From Sphacelaria rigidula (lineage: Eukaryota): a stretch of DNA of 32,681 bases. The DNA is taken from NCBI GenBank assembly GCA_964200075.2, contig CAXNAA020000037.1, positions 1 to 32,681 on the forward strand, in the 5' to 3' direction. This document shows, in pieces, positions 1 through 12,357 of this stretch (its first letter is position 1; every line of letters begins with the position of its first letter). The position numbers and the translations under genes were made by a program. The notes under the pieces are model-generated. The model saw only the letters and a program-made list of their open reading frames with translations. It had not been told where the DNA came from and searched no databases.

Positions 1-495
1 TGCGCGCGGTCGCGTGGGCGTCTAAAAATTCTGTTTGGCCAAGGGGGCTTGCGTCTTGTTCTTCACCAACCTATTCCCCCCCCCCCCCCCCCCTCCCCCT
101 TCCCACCGTCGTTCCTCGTCGCTGAAGTATCGATGTGAAATGGCATTCTTGTTTCAAGCGTTTTTCCAATTCCCGCACCTGAAAACTCGATTGTCCAAAC
201 CTCAAAACGTGTCAAGACGAGGTCTACAGCATATTCAATCGGCTCAGTGCCGCAATACGCACCACTGTTTCAGCGAACTACAAGTATCGCTAGTACCAAT
301 AATGGCCTTGGTGGCATTTTCATTCCAGAGCAAGCCTTCTTTTGTGGAAGATGTCGACCGATCGTCAAGGTTTAGGACCTAGGTTCCTGAGAAATCATAC
401 TCGAGCTCTCTTGGATAGGCATGAAAAACGAGACGGTTCTAGTACCGCCCCTAAACTTCGCCGCTTACGATACACACTCAAGTTGCGACTGCAAG

Positions 496-531
496 GGAAA
501 AGGATAGCGACGGCTACACTCCGCGCCTTAA
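496..531 (+). CDS. Tentative upstream exon of gene A
   Basis: Encodes EKDSDGYTPRL ending AA|gtacga, phase 2, which fits the exon at 630. The acceptor is uncertain (start 483 or 496). A further candidate exon lies at 329-369. Confidence 0.35.
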
Positions 532-629
532 GTACGAGTTTTTCCGGGTCTCGTTGATGGATATGTAGTGCTGCGATCATGGCAAAGTTTTTTCGCCCCC
601 CGCTTTCCGTATCGCCGCTTCTTCCACAG

Positions 630-693
630 GGAGGCAATCGTTCCGTTCTGTTCTTCGTACATCAAGTACTCGGCGTGCGTCCCAAAGTATGAC
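630..693 (+). CDS. Exon of Mid1/Frizzled-CRD-like cysteine-rich protein (gene A)
   Basis: Acceptor cttcttccacag|, donor GAC|gtgagt. Encodes (x)EAIVPFCSSYIKYSACVPKYD; its phase-0 end joins the exon at 2505. Confidence 0.85.
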
Positions 694-728
694 GTGAGTA
701 TAAGACATGGATACGTTTTCAGTGCGAT

Positions 729-914
729 TGTCAGGAGAGTTGCCAGCATACCTCGCGTAGGGGTACCACCTTGAATGAGTCATCTCCCGGTGAGGGCTCT
801 CTAGTGTTATACTGGGTCGTCTCAACGGAAGTTTTTGCCCGTGTGCCGTCGTTACGGAGTCTATCACGAGAACACCGATAGGACTTGGAGATCATAACTG
901 GATAAGTGCTGACA
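729..914. mobile_element. Solo-LTR-like element in an intron of gene A
   Basis: 186 bp starting TGTCAG and ending CTGACA (inverted TG...CA termini). Flanks gcgat/tcgag match only partly as a TSD. Confidence 0.5.
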
Positions 915-2504
915 TCGAGAGCTACATCCATGTGTCAACGTGTGCTCATAGGTGTGAACGTTTTTTCCATTCCTGTTTGGAGGAAACTTAGTGGTGGATG
1001 AGCGAACAAGATTCTAGCTGGGGTACCGCAGAAGCTGAAGTCCGAGTGACTGTAACCGCAACAGTATCACGTAATATTTCGCATGGCTGAGGTGCTCGTC
1101 GTGACCACCGAGTTGATTCTCGGCTCACGTCTCATTCCTAGGATTGACCACGATTCTCCGATTGCTCGAGAAATAAAAATATCCTGACGGATCGGTGATT
1201 GGTAGGCCAACATTGTTGTTCGTATCGATTGTTTATTTGGCAATCACTGGTTTCGTAATTTCTCGGAAGGACCGACGCTGAACGCGGCGAACGATCGGGC
1301 GAACGGGAACGTACGCGGCGCAATTGTGGTTTAGTAGGGGCCCATTGGCGCGGCTTGAAACATGGCTGTGAGATACACCCTGCACAACCTGCACGTCGTG
1401 CGGGCTCTGCTACCCGTGTTGGAACAGAACAGACACCGGCCCGTGATTCTCGGCCAACGTCTCGGTCAACTAAGAATGATGCATCTTATTGAACGTGTAT
1501 ATCACTGGGGCTTCATCATGGCGTAAGGAAAAGTCGATATAAAACGGCGCGCAGATATATCTGCTCCCATTTTGTTGAATGTTACGCATTTTACTAACAC
1601 TTATCCAGAAGCGCATTAGTTTCCCACTAACTTAAGTTGTTTCTTTCTGTGCAGTCGAGAAGTAGCCCTCACTAGATTTAGTGCACCTGAACGTGGGCGC
1701 TCTGAAGGTACTGGGAAGCCTCGCTGTACAGCGAGGAATCTCCATAGACGAAGACTACAAATAGGACCTTCTACGTGAAATGTGTTTTAATGACGTGTCT
1801 TGTTTCGCCGAGTTATCTTCAGTGTGTTCGGTCATGTTTCTGCGTGGACACAGCACTGCGGAGAGCATAGAACGGACCGACTTCAGTCAGAGGTCATTTC
1901 TACGGTTTATTAGATAACACAAGACCTCGGATGGCCAAACTTGACTCCATGTTTTGGTGCTCAGGCAAACGGAAAAGTTCATCACATATGTCGATCATTT
2001 CGTAGCCGCGAGCGCTTCTTCGTGGGTCACTGGAGGTCTCGCCGCGTGTGAACCGGCGCCAGCTTCACGACACAATAATGACGCTTGCCCACTCATCTGC
2101 GCGGTTGAGGCTTCATATCCAGGTTGCATGTAGAGCCACTTGATACAAGATATCTGAAAATTGTATAGCAGAGAATTGCACACACATGCATCCAGCGGAG
2201 CGGATCACAATGGAGAGCACGCCGACGTTGACTTCTTTGCTCTCGGCCTCCGGTCAGGCCCGATTCCTCTCAAACGATGCTCGCCATAAAGACATTTCAG
2301 CCCGTCGCCTGGGAAACGAAGGTCTGAAAGAAATGGTCACATGCACTTGAACGTCGGGGTGCTCCTGTATGTGGCGTAGTGTTTAGTGCATTTTCGTCGT
2401 ACATCACATGTGCCGAGTGGGCTTGAGTTTTTCGGGCTCAAGCAAGTGACACCTGTTTCGATCCACGATGTGCACGTTTTTGTCTTTCTTCTTTCTGAAA
2501 TTAG

Positions 2505-2649
2505 CCGTTGCCGCCATCGAGAGATTTCCAAGACGGGCGCTGGTTCAATAACACCATGACGATAAAGGATCGATGGGTGCAGGAGCTCTACGAAACGGTC
2601 GTGAATAATCGGTTGGAAATAGAGGGAGACAAAGAATTGCAAAAACAAG
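2505..2649 (+). CDS. Exon of gene A
   Basis: Pyrimidine tract tttttgtctttcttctttctgaaattag|, donor G|gtacgg. Open frame PLPPSRDFQDGRWFNNTMTIKDRWVQELYETVVNNRLEIEGDKELQKQ; phase 0 in, phase 1 out. Confidence 0.85.
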
Positions 2650-2832
2650 GTACGGCAGGTTGTGGTGTACGGTGGTGAATAGCATGGGTGAGGCCATAGC
2701 GACATGTTCGACAGGAGGCGTAAACACGGTAGCTCGTCGCTTTATGCTTATTTTATTTTCACGGTTGAATTTTACATTTCTTTTACACTCACCGTTTTTG
2801 TCTAACATCGGATACCCCGGTCACCCAACCAG

Positions 2833-2938
2833 GAGTCGACGAGTACGGAAACACGGGGTCGCCTGTTCCTCGATTCACGGAGAACAAAGACTGTCAGAAG
2901 GCCTATAAGGCGTACATGTGCTACATTAACTTTCCGCG
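2833..2938 (+). CDS. Exon of gene A (cysteine-rich domain core)
   Basis: Acceptor caaccag|, donor CG|gtaagt. Encodes GVDEYGNTGSPVPRFTENKDCQKAYKAYMCYINFPR; phase 1 in, phase 2 out. Confidence 0.9.
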
Positions 2939-3661
2939 GTAAGTGGTGGGCACCACAGGATTTCTGTAGCGCAGCATGGAAAAATCTCCTACATGTTACG
3001 TACAAAGCCAAACAGTCGCTGGTGATGACTCAGCGGGTCAATGGTTACGCTCGATCATTCCTTTGCTATACCGTCGTGAAGTCCTCTGCCGCATCGCTCT
3101 GATCATTTGCCGCGACTGCTACGAGAGTATCGTATGTGGACGCGGACTTATATGAAGCACATGATGGGCGCTGTCTGCGGCGCACGTGGCTGCGCCCAAC
3201 AGAGACAAATTGCGTTGTGCCCACGTAGAAGCTTCCTGCCGGAATACGGTAGGAGAGCGATCGTGCAGAAAAGCATCTTGTTGCATACGTGCTCGCGTTT
3301 GAATGGAATCGGAAAGGCCGAGATCGCACTCCTCGGAGTAAGGAAAATCAACGTCTATCGCTTGGGTCAGGTTTCTCGTCGGAACCTCTTCGTGTGCGTA
3401 GTAGCGGCGTCAGTAACACCGGTGGCTGTGGTGCAACCTCCGGATCAGGACCCCTCCAAGAAACCCTACAGGGGAACGCTGCTGTTGCATCCCCCGGGAC
3501 TGATAAGTTGTGGTCACTTTCGCCAGCTGAATCAAGAGCTCACAGAGTCTTACCTGTCCACTCCCTACCCACGCTTAGATCCGATGGCACCGCTGCGCCT
3601 GCAGCGTTTGCAATTCCTCACCGTTCCCTCGCATTTTCAATGCTGTTCGATTGCCGTGAAG

Positions 3662-3846
3662 ATGCGATGACGACGGAAACTCCCTTGTGACCTGCCGAAG
3701 CGCTTGCGAAAACCTAATGGTGGCGTGTGAGAACCAGAGAGACCTGTGGCGGTGTGGAGACAGCAAGTACTTCAATGGGTATGAAGCAGAAGAACCTGAC
3801 TACGACAGTAACGGAGACCCCGTCTACCTCAGAGATTTTTTCCCAG
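3662..3846 (+). CDS. Exon of gene A (cysteine-rich domain core)
   Basis: Acceptor gtgaag|, donor G|gtgtgc. Encodes (R)CDDDGNSLVTCRSACENLMVACENQRDLWRCGDSKYFNGYEAEEPDYDSNGDPVYLRDFFP, completing the FPRC motif across the splice junction. Confidence 0.9.
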
Positions 3847-4826
3847 GTGTGCTGGTGAACGCAACGCATTAACCTCACCCTGATCCTACCTCAAAGGACA
3901 TGGGATATATGACAGCACGTCGCCGCTATCTCCCTCCAAGATGAAATTTGGTTTACTATGAAATTCGGTCTACTACGCCTAGCCGTACACACCTTACATA
4001 CATTTCATAGCACGAATTGTGCCTCTTGCTCGGCTTCAAGTTTTTGGGCACCCATGCAAATCGCTCCGAGTATTTGGGGGTCTACGATTCCGCGAGTTGA
4101 CAGGAAAGGGGGAGGGAGGGGTGAAACGCAATATTCACTCGAAACGGGAGATTGGCCCACATAATATATGAGTAGCCAAAGGGCAGTGAGTCCTGAATAC
4201 ATCGAGGAGCTTCTCAAATATTTACTCCTCAGGTGACAGAATTAGGTTCAGACTTCAGAGCTATAAGTGTAGCTTGACTATCAGGTCGCCGTGGCGCGGC
4301 CAATATTCACCACCATTCACTCTAGAGCTGACGATCGCCCGATTCGATCGGTCGCATACGACGGTGTTCTCTCGGGCGATTGCTTGAAACGTTTTCGTGC
4401 GTGTATAACACGGTGCACTGATAGCGTAGTGGCCGTTCGTGGTGATCTCCACGCGGCATGACCAGCCGCTCAGGAGGACAGATTCGACTTACAGCTCCAA
4501 CTCGAAGAACTACAACATATTACACTAGGGGTGGTGCCGACGTTTTTTCAGCCGAAACTCCCCCTGTTTGTACACTGGCACTGTTGCTTCGTGAAAACGA
4601 TGATGTTTAGCAATTGTCCAGCTATTGCCCGGGGTCTTGATGGAAATAATTGAGTGCTGATACTGTATGTATTTCTGAACGTCAGGCACTTTGTGGGGTC
4701 GCGCTCCAGAAGCCCCGAACAGCACGCAATCCGACCTCCCGAAACCAATAATGACATGGCGTTGCTCATTACTGGATGCTCACCCGTTATTTTCCCGGCT
4801 CGAGAGAACACGTCCAGTCCCAAACT

Positions 4827-4929
4827 CCCCCCCCCCCCCCCCCGATCGTTGCTCCGTCTCGAAAGGGATGCGTGGTCAATGGTCAAATGACTAAGGCAAG
4901 CAACAAATGAGTACGCCCCCCCCCCCCCC
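4827..4929. repeat. Short dispersed module bounded by poly-C tracts
   Basis: Core gctccgtctcgaaagggatgcgtggtcaatggtcaaatgactaaggcaagcaacaaatgagtac recurs in reverse complement at ~26899-26965 and partly at ~22429-22480. Confidence 0.85.
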
Positions 4930-5136
4930 GATCGTGTTGTCGGGCCGAGATATATATCAAGGCACTTTTACAGCTCGATTTCGCCCTAAATGTCGGCAAC
5001 GAACAACTGAAAACTGTGTCCGGATAAGGACAATATTCCTCCACCCACACCCTCACTGTATCTCGTAGTATGCCCTCTTCTGGTATCCAATATGTAGCCG
5101 ACGTCTGTGCGTGGAACTCTCCCCACCCTCCAACAG

Positions 5137-5300
5137 GCCAGCCATTCCGAGACGTCGAGTTCACCAAGGGACGGGCAGATATTGTTTGCACCCCAAGCAT
5201 CAAGGGTTCGGCTCCTGCTCGTCTTCGACCACTGGAATGGAAAGGGTCCGTATTTATTCCGTTACTCGTGACCACTATGAGCGTGCTGCTTGCGATTTGA
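5137..5300 (+). CDS. Terminal exon of gene A with hydrophobic C-terminus (GPI signal or TM anchor)
   Basis: Acceptor ccctccaacag|, phase 1. Encodes GQPFRDVEFTKGRADIVCTPSIKGSAPARLRPLEWKGSVFIPLLVTTMSVLLAI, then TGA. Confidence 0.85.
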
Positions 5301-5904
5301 TCCGTCTAGGGAAACAAGTTCAACGTCTCGCTCTACACTCTCAATGTACCTTTTCTATGAATCGTTTTCCGGGAACGGTTCCACGTTTCGTCCAGGAAAT
5401 ATTTTACGTGAAATCGACCTGAAGATGTTCCGGATCGACGTCGATGTTTGGGTATAGCCTCGGAGATGATTTGAAGCAGCGAGTAGAACCCACAGGGCGG
5501 TTTCGTCTTGTTGGTGATCATAGGTAGTACGCGGGCTGCGAGAGTATCAGGGCTGCGAGAGTATCAGTTATCGGTAATATTTTTGTATATATGTCTCCCC
5601 GGAATAGGTTCATGTGCAGTGAAACACAAGGGCACCCGAACGAAGAGACGGGCACATTCAAAAAAGCATTAGTGGCCCCGATCTTTGCTGAAATCACACA
5701 CGTGTATTGACCATATCCACGACGATCGCGGCACTGTGGTATTCGAGCTGGTACAGCAGCGTCTTCTTAAGTCGGGAGTAGTGGGTAGGTTCGAATAGTT
5801 CGAATTACGAACACATACTTCCGATTTTTGCCTGGCTTCTGTCGTCTGAAGATATGAGAATTTGGCGCCTTGCTATGGGAGTTGTTATTTGTCCGTAGCA
5901 TGAA

Positions 5905-6272
5905 GCCGCCGCGCCGCGGTGGTGTGAATTGGAATGGCCCGATTGCCACCATCGGAGTGGAGAGATCGTGGATTCAAATCCCGATGCGTTAAGCTTTTTT
6001 TTTTAAGTGTCTGGTTTCCACCGTCGACAGTGTGAGCACGTTAGTAAACAAAAGTTATTTTGACTGAGTTGTGTAACGACATTCCACCGTCAGCAGTGTG
6101 AGTGCGTAAGTAAACAAAACGTGTTTGACTGGGTTTGTTTGACGAGAGTTGACGCGGTGCAGGAGTGCTGACCCAATCCGCGAGAACAAAATGTAAGGCG
6201 TGTACCGGGTAAAGATGGGTTGATCCCTTGAGACCACGGACTCGTCCCGAGGAAGCGGATGGGTTCAAAATG

Positions 6273-6303
<31 letters not shown>

Positions 6304-6310
6304 AGTGTGC
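5905..6310 (+). mobile_element. tRNA-derived SINE-like element with (TA)n(TG)n tail
   Basis: A-box-like TGGTGTGAATTGG (5920-5932), B-box-like GGATTCAAATCCC (5970-5982), internal ~66-bp tandem duplication (6016/6082), microsatellite tail from ~6272. Confidence 0.6.
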
Positions 6311-8550
6311 GTATATTGTTCTCGAAGGTGTGAGAGAGTATCCTGGGGGCAAAGAAGGGAGGATCGGTATTTGTCGGCACTATGCATCACATAATCCAAG
6401 AGAAAAGAAGCTAGCGCACTTTTCTGCTTCGCAAGGGCCCTAGATTTCGCGAACGGTCGCTTTTTGAAAGTCAAGTATTTCCCTCCAGCCATTTTCCCGT
6501 ACCCCGCCCTAATCTTGGGGACGAGTTGTTTTATATGGTTTCTGCAGTTCCTTGCCACTGAAGCTCTTGATATCCCTGCGTAGGGGGTATCGATGTGTAG
6601 CTGTAAGCACACGCCAGTGTGACAGGCAAAGGAAAGCACACACAGAATGAGGAATTAGTCGCGTTGAAGCGAATGATCAGACCCACTCTCAATCGACGCT
6701 CTATTCTCAATCTGACGGAAACATTGCCATGTCGCTTTGGTGACAATCGTGTGATGATTGTATCACAATATCAGGTCACATCAACAAAGACGATTTTCAA
6801 CAGACAGGATATATATATACATATATATGTTGATTCATCTCACGAAACATCGATGCAGCACGTTCTCGATCGAGGACCAATCGACACATTTTTCGGGGGT
6901 AGTTTCGGGATAATCTGGGCCAAAAATATTCTCCTGTCCAAAATAGGAACGACTCCGCAGCGACCCACGTAGCTCGATCCATCCCATACGAACCACATCG
7001 TTGTTGCACTATCTCAACTGCTTGTTTTCGAATGTTATCTTTTCTCTATCAAAGCCTTGCACCACAATACGACAGGGTCGAATCTGATTCATACCGATCT
7101 TGACGGTTTTTCTCATGTGTTGGAACCGAAAAGCTCAAAAACGGGCCTGAGTTACCGCGGATGTGCCCCGTATATCCGGAAGTTACACGCTCTGAACGTT
7201 TGGGCAAACTCCGCTCCCCCCCCCCCCCTCTCGGCCATCCCCTCTCAACATTCTTGGGATATTTTCAGGAGTACCAACACGAAAACCATCTGATTCCAGA
7301 AACGTGCACACACTAAGACGCAAGTCTCACGACATCACCGGAGCGAGCTCCCACAGTGGGTGACTGCGCTTGGCCACCTTCACTGTAATAGTCCATCACA
7401 GAAGGATGTGCTCAGCATGACATACAGTAACTTAGAGCGGTCAAGATCATCTTGCATTTGGGTGACAGCCTAGAGTGAGTTGGTTTAATATCTGGAATCG
7501 CCACTTCCAGAGACAGTCATGGCTTATACACTACCCCATGGGTATCTCACCAACCAGGGGGGGGGGGAGGGGTTATGAGGGGTCTTCGCACACACGTTCT
7601 GTACATCGTGTCAAAGTTTCATTGAAAACGACTCGAAATTAAGCTCGGGAATCGCGTCATTCTCTCGAAATCGACTCGTCTCTCCTTCTATATTCGGCTC
7701 AGAGGTATTCACAAACTACTCGTTGGGTCGCACACTACTACCTACAACGTTTTCGTGAGATTGAGGGTAGAACGCTGATTAAGCGTGGATTTCATCATTC
7801 GCTTCAACTTTACCAATTATTCATTCCGTGTGTGATTTTCTTTGCCTCTATCACTGACGTGTGCTTACAGCTATACGTCGATATCCTACTCAAGGGTATC
7901 AAGGGCCTCAGTGCCAAGCTACTGCAGAAAGCATATCGGGCCTCGTGGAGGGGCATTTCGGAACTTGAACGATCCATTCATTAATTGACCGCCCTTCACT
8001 CTCAATCGTATCCTCTACTCTCAATATCACGACAACATTGTTTACCAGACGCCTTGGCGCGCTGCGGGCGTCGTCTGCGTGCCATCTTAGAGACTGCGTG
8101 CCTTGTGCGACATGTGTTGTACAGTCGCAGCTTGTGTGGCACCACGCTGCACAACCGACTGTAACCGAGAATCCCATTTCAGCCGGGGTTTTTTTGCTGA
8201 TTCTGCCGCACATGGTACCCTCAACTCCCTACAGTTTGGCACTTGACTACAGTTTGGCATTTGGCTTGATGAGACCTTGTCATATCGCAGTGCCACATGG
8301 ATTTGAAGGCGCGCGCTAGTTTGCAGGTTTCCACGATGTGTCATAGTAGGCACAACTCGCGATACATCGTCAGTTGAAACGGGCTGAAGGAAAATGCGTT
8401 TCTCAGGCGGCCCAGCTCGGATATATAAACTACTGCGATTGGTCGTCCGCCCTGACGGCACCCACCCTGCTCTCGATTTTCCGAGCTCTGAAAGATCTCT
8501 AAATTTGACTGATGTCGATACAAGGGACACTTTCAACCGGTTGATTTTAT

Positions 8551-8905
8551 GTGTGTGTTGACATCCCATCTACTCGGAACGCCTGTCTACACCTTTCGGT
8601 ATATGAGGATTTTTCAGCCAGGGTCACACAGAGGGAAGGCCCACACAGGAGTTTTTTTTTTTATTCATTTTCAGTTCCCCACGTTCCTTCTGCGATGCTT
8701 GCCTCATTTCATATCGCGAGAGGGGTTCCGCGATCTCTTTCCCTCGCCGAAGGTGAACTTGGATTTTGGTGTACCCACGACATAGTAATCACTTTCCACT
8801 GTTGGGCATGGTATGACACAAATCCCAGATTATGACTGCACCGAGGTTCTAACCCACAACCCAACCGTCAAAAGTTCTGGAGGTTGCCAACTGAGCCACC
8901 CCGGC
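8551..8905 (-). mobile_element. tRNA-derived SINE, same family as 28660-29011
   Basis: Colinear similarity over ~340 bp to 28660-29011. Minus-strand head contains TGGCTCAGTTGG (A box); CA-rich tail. Confidence 0.8.
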
Positions 8906-8964
8906 AATGATTAAAGAGCGGTCAATTGAATTTCATGTATGTCAATGCAAGCGTCTCTTCCCTA

Positions 8965-11300
8965 GAGTTGCTCCTCGATGACGTCCCGCCCATCCGCCCC
9001 CATGACTACGCGTACATCACTCGGAGCACCTGACAAATCTTACGCACTTCCTCAACGATGTCCCGTTCATCCACCCCCAGTACAACGAGCACATCACTCG
9101 GCGCGACAACAAATCCCCTACGCTTCCTCTTCGATGACGCCCTGTCCATCCGCCCCAACTACCACGCGTACATCATCCTGGACGCGTACAAATCCCAAGC
9201 ACTTCCTCAATGACGTCCCGCCCATCCGCCCCCACTACCACGCGTACATCACCCAGGGCAACAACACATCCCAACATAGTATTTTTCTATGCCGTCCTGA
9301 TCATCCGCCCTCACTACCACGCGTGCACCACCCAGGGTGACTAACAAATCTTGAGCACATTCTTCTCGATGACGTCCCGCCTATCTAGCCCCATCACCAC
9401 GCGTACTCAAACAAACCAGGGTGACAACACATCCCGACTTAGTCTCTCTCCACGCCATCCTGTTCATCCGTCATCACTACCACGCGTGCACCACTCAGGG
9501 TGACTAACTCCCGAGCACTTCCTTCTCGATGACGTCCCGCCCATCTGCTCCCACCACCACACGTACATCACTCTTTGTCTTCCTCAACGCCCCCATGTTC
9601 ATCTGCCCCCACCATCACGCGTATATCACCCAGGGCGGCAGCAAATCCCAACTTAGTGTTGCCGTATGCCATCTTGTTCTACCCCCACTAGCACGCGTGC
9701 ACCACCCAGAGCACGACCTACGGCAACAACAAACCTCACGCACTTCTTCCTCCATGACGTCCCGCCCATCCGCTCCGACGACCACGCATGCATTACCCAG
9801 TGTGATGACAACTCCCGAGCTTGCATTTTTTCATGGCGTCCCGCTCATTCGCCCACACTACCAAACGCAGACACTCCACAGGGCGACAACGAATCCCAAG
9901 CTCGACTTCCTCTGCACTCAAACCCGCCCCCTTCGTCGTACCCACTGCCGCGCGTGGGTCTCCAACAGCCACAGCTGATTCCAAACTCGACTTCCTTCAC
10001 AAGCAGCCCCCCTGCCTTCCTCGCCTCCCCTGCCATACGGATACCTTAAGAGGCCACAGGATACCTCACATCCCACTTTCTTCACAGGTAAGGCCCGGTC
10101 CTATTTCCATTTCTTTTCCCATACTTGTATCACCCACGGCGAAAGCAAATCCCACGCTTGCCTTCCTTAACGAGCAAATCCTTCCCCTTACCCCACCTCC
10201 GCTCCCCCGCGCATCCCAAAGGGTGCAAACAAATGCCAAACTCGCCTCCCCTAACGAGCAAGGCCTCTTCCTTACCCGTCTCCACTCCCCTAAGTACACC
10301 ACTCAAGGCCAAATAAGCTTCAAACTCTACGTGCTAAACAAGCAACCACCCCGCCCCCGCCTTCCCGATTCCCTCCACAAGCTAGCCCTGCCCCTCATTT
10401 CCCGCTCGCCTTCCTCCCTGACACATCCCCGAGACAGGTCCAACTCAACTTCCTCCACAAGCGAGCTCTCCTCCTTTCACCGGCCTCCTCGCACGCGTGG
10501 GCCAAGCGGAGCAACAGCGAATCCAAAACAAGACGTCCTCCACAGGTAGGGCGCTCTGCCGCTCTTCCACTCTTACGTATAGCTCCCTGCTTGACGAATG
10601 ACAAACCCCAACTTCGCCCCTACGAACGAACACACCTTCTCTCATCACACGCCTACCCCAACAAAGGCGGCAGCAAATGCCGAGTTCGTCCGTCACAACA
10701 AGGCTTCTCCCTCTTCCGCCTCCGTTCCCACTCAAGCACCATGTCACGCGACAACGATCCCCAAACTCGTCGTACTCAGCAAGCAAGCCCTTTCCCTTCA
10801 CGACTTTCCCCGGAAGCAAGCCCTCCTTCCCGTTCCTTCCGCTAACCTCACCCCCGCCCCCCCGCGCATCCTGGAAAGGGCGCAAACGAATGTCAAGCTC
10901 GCCCCCTCCAAGAAGCAAGGCCTCTCTCTCCCCGTCTCGATTCCCATTCGTCCAGAACTCAGGGTGCTCAGCAAGCAAACCTTCCCTTGCCGACTTTCCC
11001 TACAACCAAGCCCTGCTCACCGTTTTTCGCCCCTATACCTACGTGAGAACTGCCCGTCAGAAGGCATACCATGGGTGATGTACAGAGAATTTCACGCAGG
11101 GCGACAACAAATGCCAAGCCCGACCACGCCCACAATCAGTTTTTCCCCTCTCCTCCTGCACTCCCTCCTACTACGCAGATCTCGCCTACTCCGAAGAGTA
11201 CCACGGATGGTATATGTAGTATATGACCCAGGTAAACTACAAGTCCGAAACTTGACTTCCGCGACAAACAAGCCTTTCCACTACCCAAAGATCCCATTCT
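8965..11300. repeat. Degenerate C-rich tandem satellite, ~78-85-bp monomer
   Basis: Motif (g/a)atgacgtcccgcccatc and its variant recur near 8977, 9056, 9132, 9209, 9288, 9368, 9450, 9528, 9753 and 9832. More diverged ggcgacaacaaatcccaagctcg-like units continue to ~11280. Confidence 0.85.
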
Positions 11301-12297
11301 GGCCACTGGTCCAGCTTGTTCTCTCGCCCGTACGTCAACCAAGTAAGGATCAACTCACACAACGCTGCGTTGTCCGCATGACAGCATACAGTTTCTCAAT
11401 AATTTAGTATGCTCACGCCCGTGTGGGCCGTGTGTGCACGGGTCGCCTACCGTTTCCGACCGTTCATGTGCTACGGCCACATCAGCTGACCCCATGCCCA
11501 TCAACCGTAACCACACAACCACTCTCCCAACCGTTTCCCAACTAGGAAGCTCCAACTAATGGACGATATATTTTCATGCATGTAGTTCATGTACAGCTGC
11601 CTTCGAAGGGTCCTTCCGTTTCATACCACCGCCACAGTCCTAACTTCTCCACCCAGACGGTGCATGCGCCAGCCTACAACATAAACACGTCCACCGCGGC
11701 TGCCAATAGAGCTGCCGGCATCATTTTGAACTGCTTGGGAGAAGAGGCATCTTCCGGGTGACCTTCAGGCTTGAACTGAAGGCCGACCGAGGACACGGCA
11801 GGGCAGCGGGTACGGGGTGGGGGTAGGGGGGTTGAACTGTTGCATATTTCTCTCTACTCTGCCATAGTTCTGGGGTAATCCCTTCACCGCCCGCATTTGT
11901 CCATCTATTGAATACGACCGTGCTGCACTTCCATCCCGTTTCTCTCGGCACAGGGGGGCAACTCGGCCTGTGGGACTTTACAGTCCCTCGCACACACAAT
12001 GAAGCTAGGGAATCACAAGTTCAAAATGCTCAGATCGCCACAGCGGACTCAAGAAGCCCCCAATACAGCACAAAACAGTCTTTTTGCGCGCTTCTTGGTT
12101 TGGTGCAGCGTCTGTGGGACGCGTCAAGGAGAGCTATTTCATGGTTCCCTAGTTTGGGTGTGTGGCAAGCGTACGCAAAAAATCAAAGTCCAATCCTCTG
12201 CCTGGTTGCCGAGATATCCGCGATGAAATATTGGCAGTTTTGGGTTGAGAACCAGCAGCATCTTGGCGGTACTAGCAGTATGCCAGGGAAACGGTCC

Positions 12298-12324
12298 CTG
12301 CTGCTGCTGTGGTGTGTGGAGGCC

Positions 12325-12357
<33 letters not shown>

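Noticed and set aside
3107..3670. 187-aa ORF
   Set aside because: Lies almost wholly inside the 2939-3661 intron of gene A and has no recognisable motifs.
5533..5567. 17-bp tandem duplication gggctgcgagagtatca as a possible transposon end
   Set aside because: No matching inverted end found; treated as a simple local duplication.
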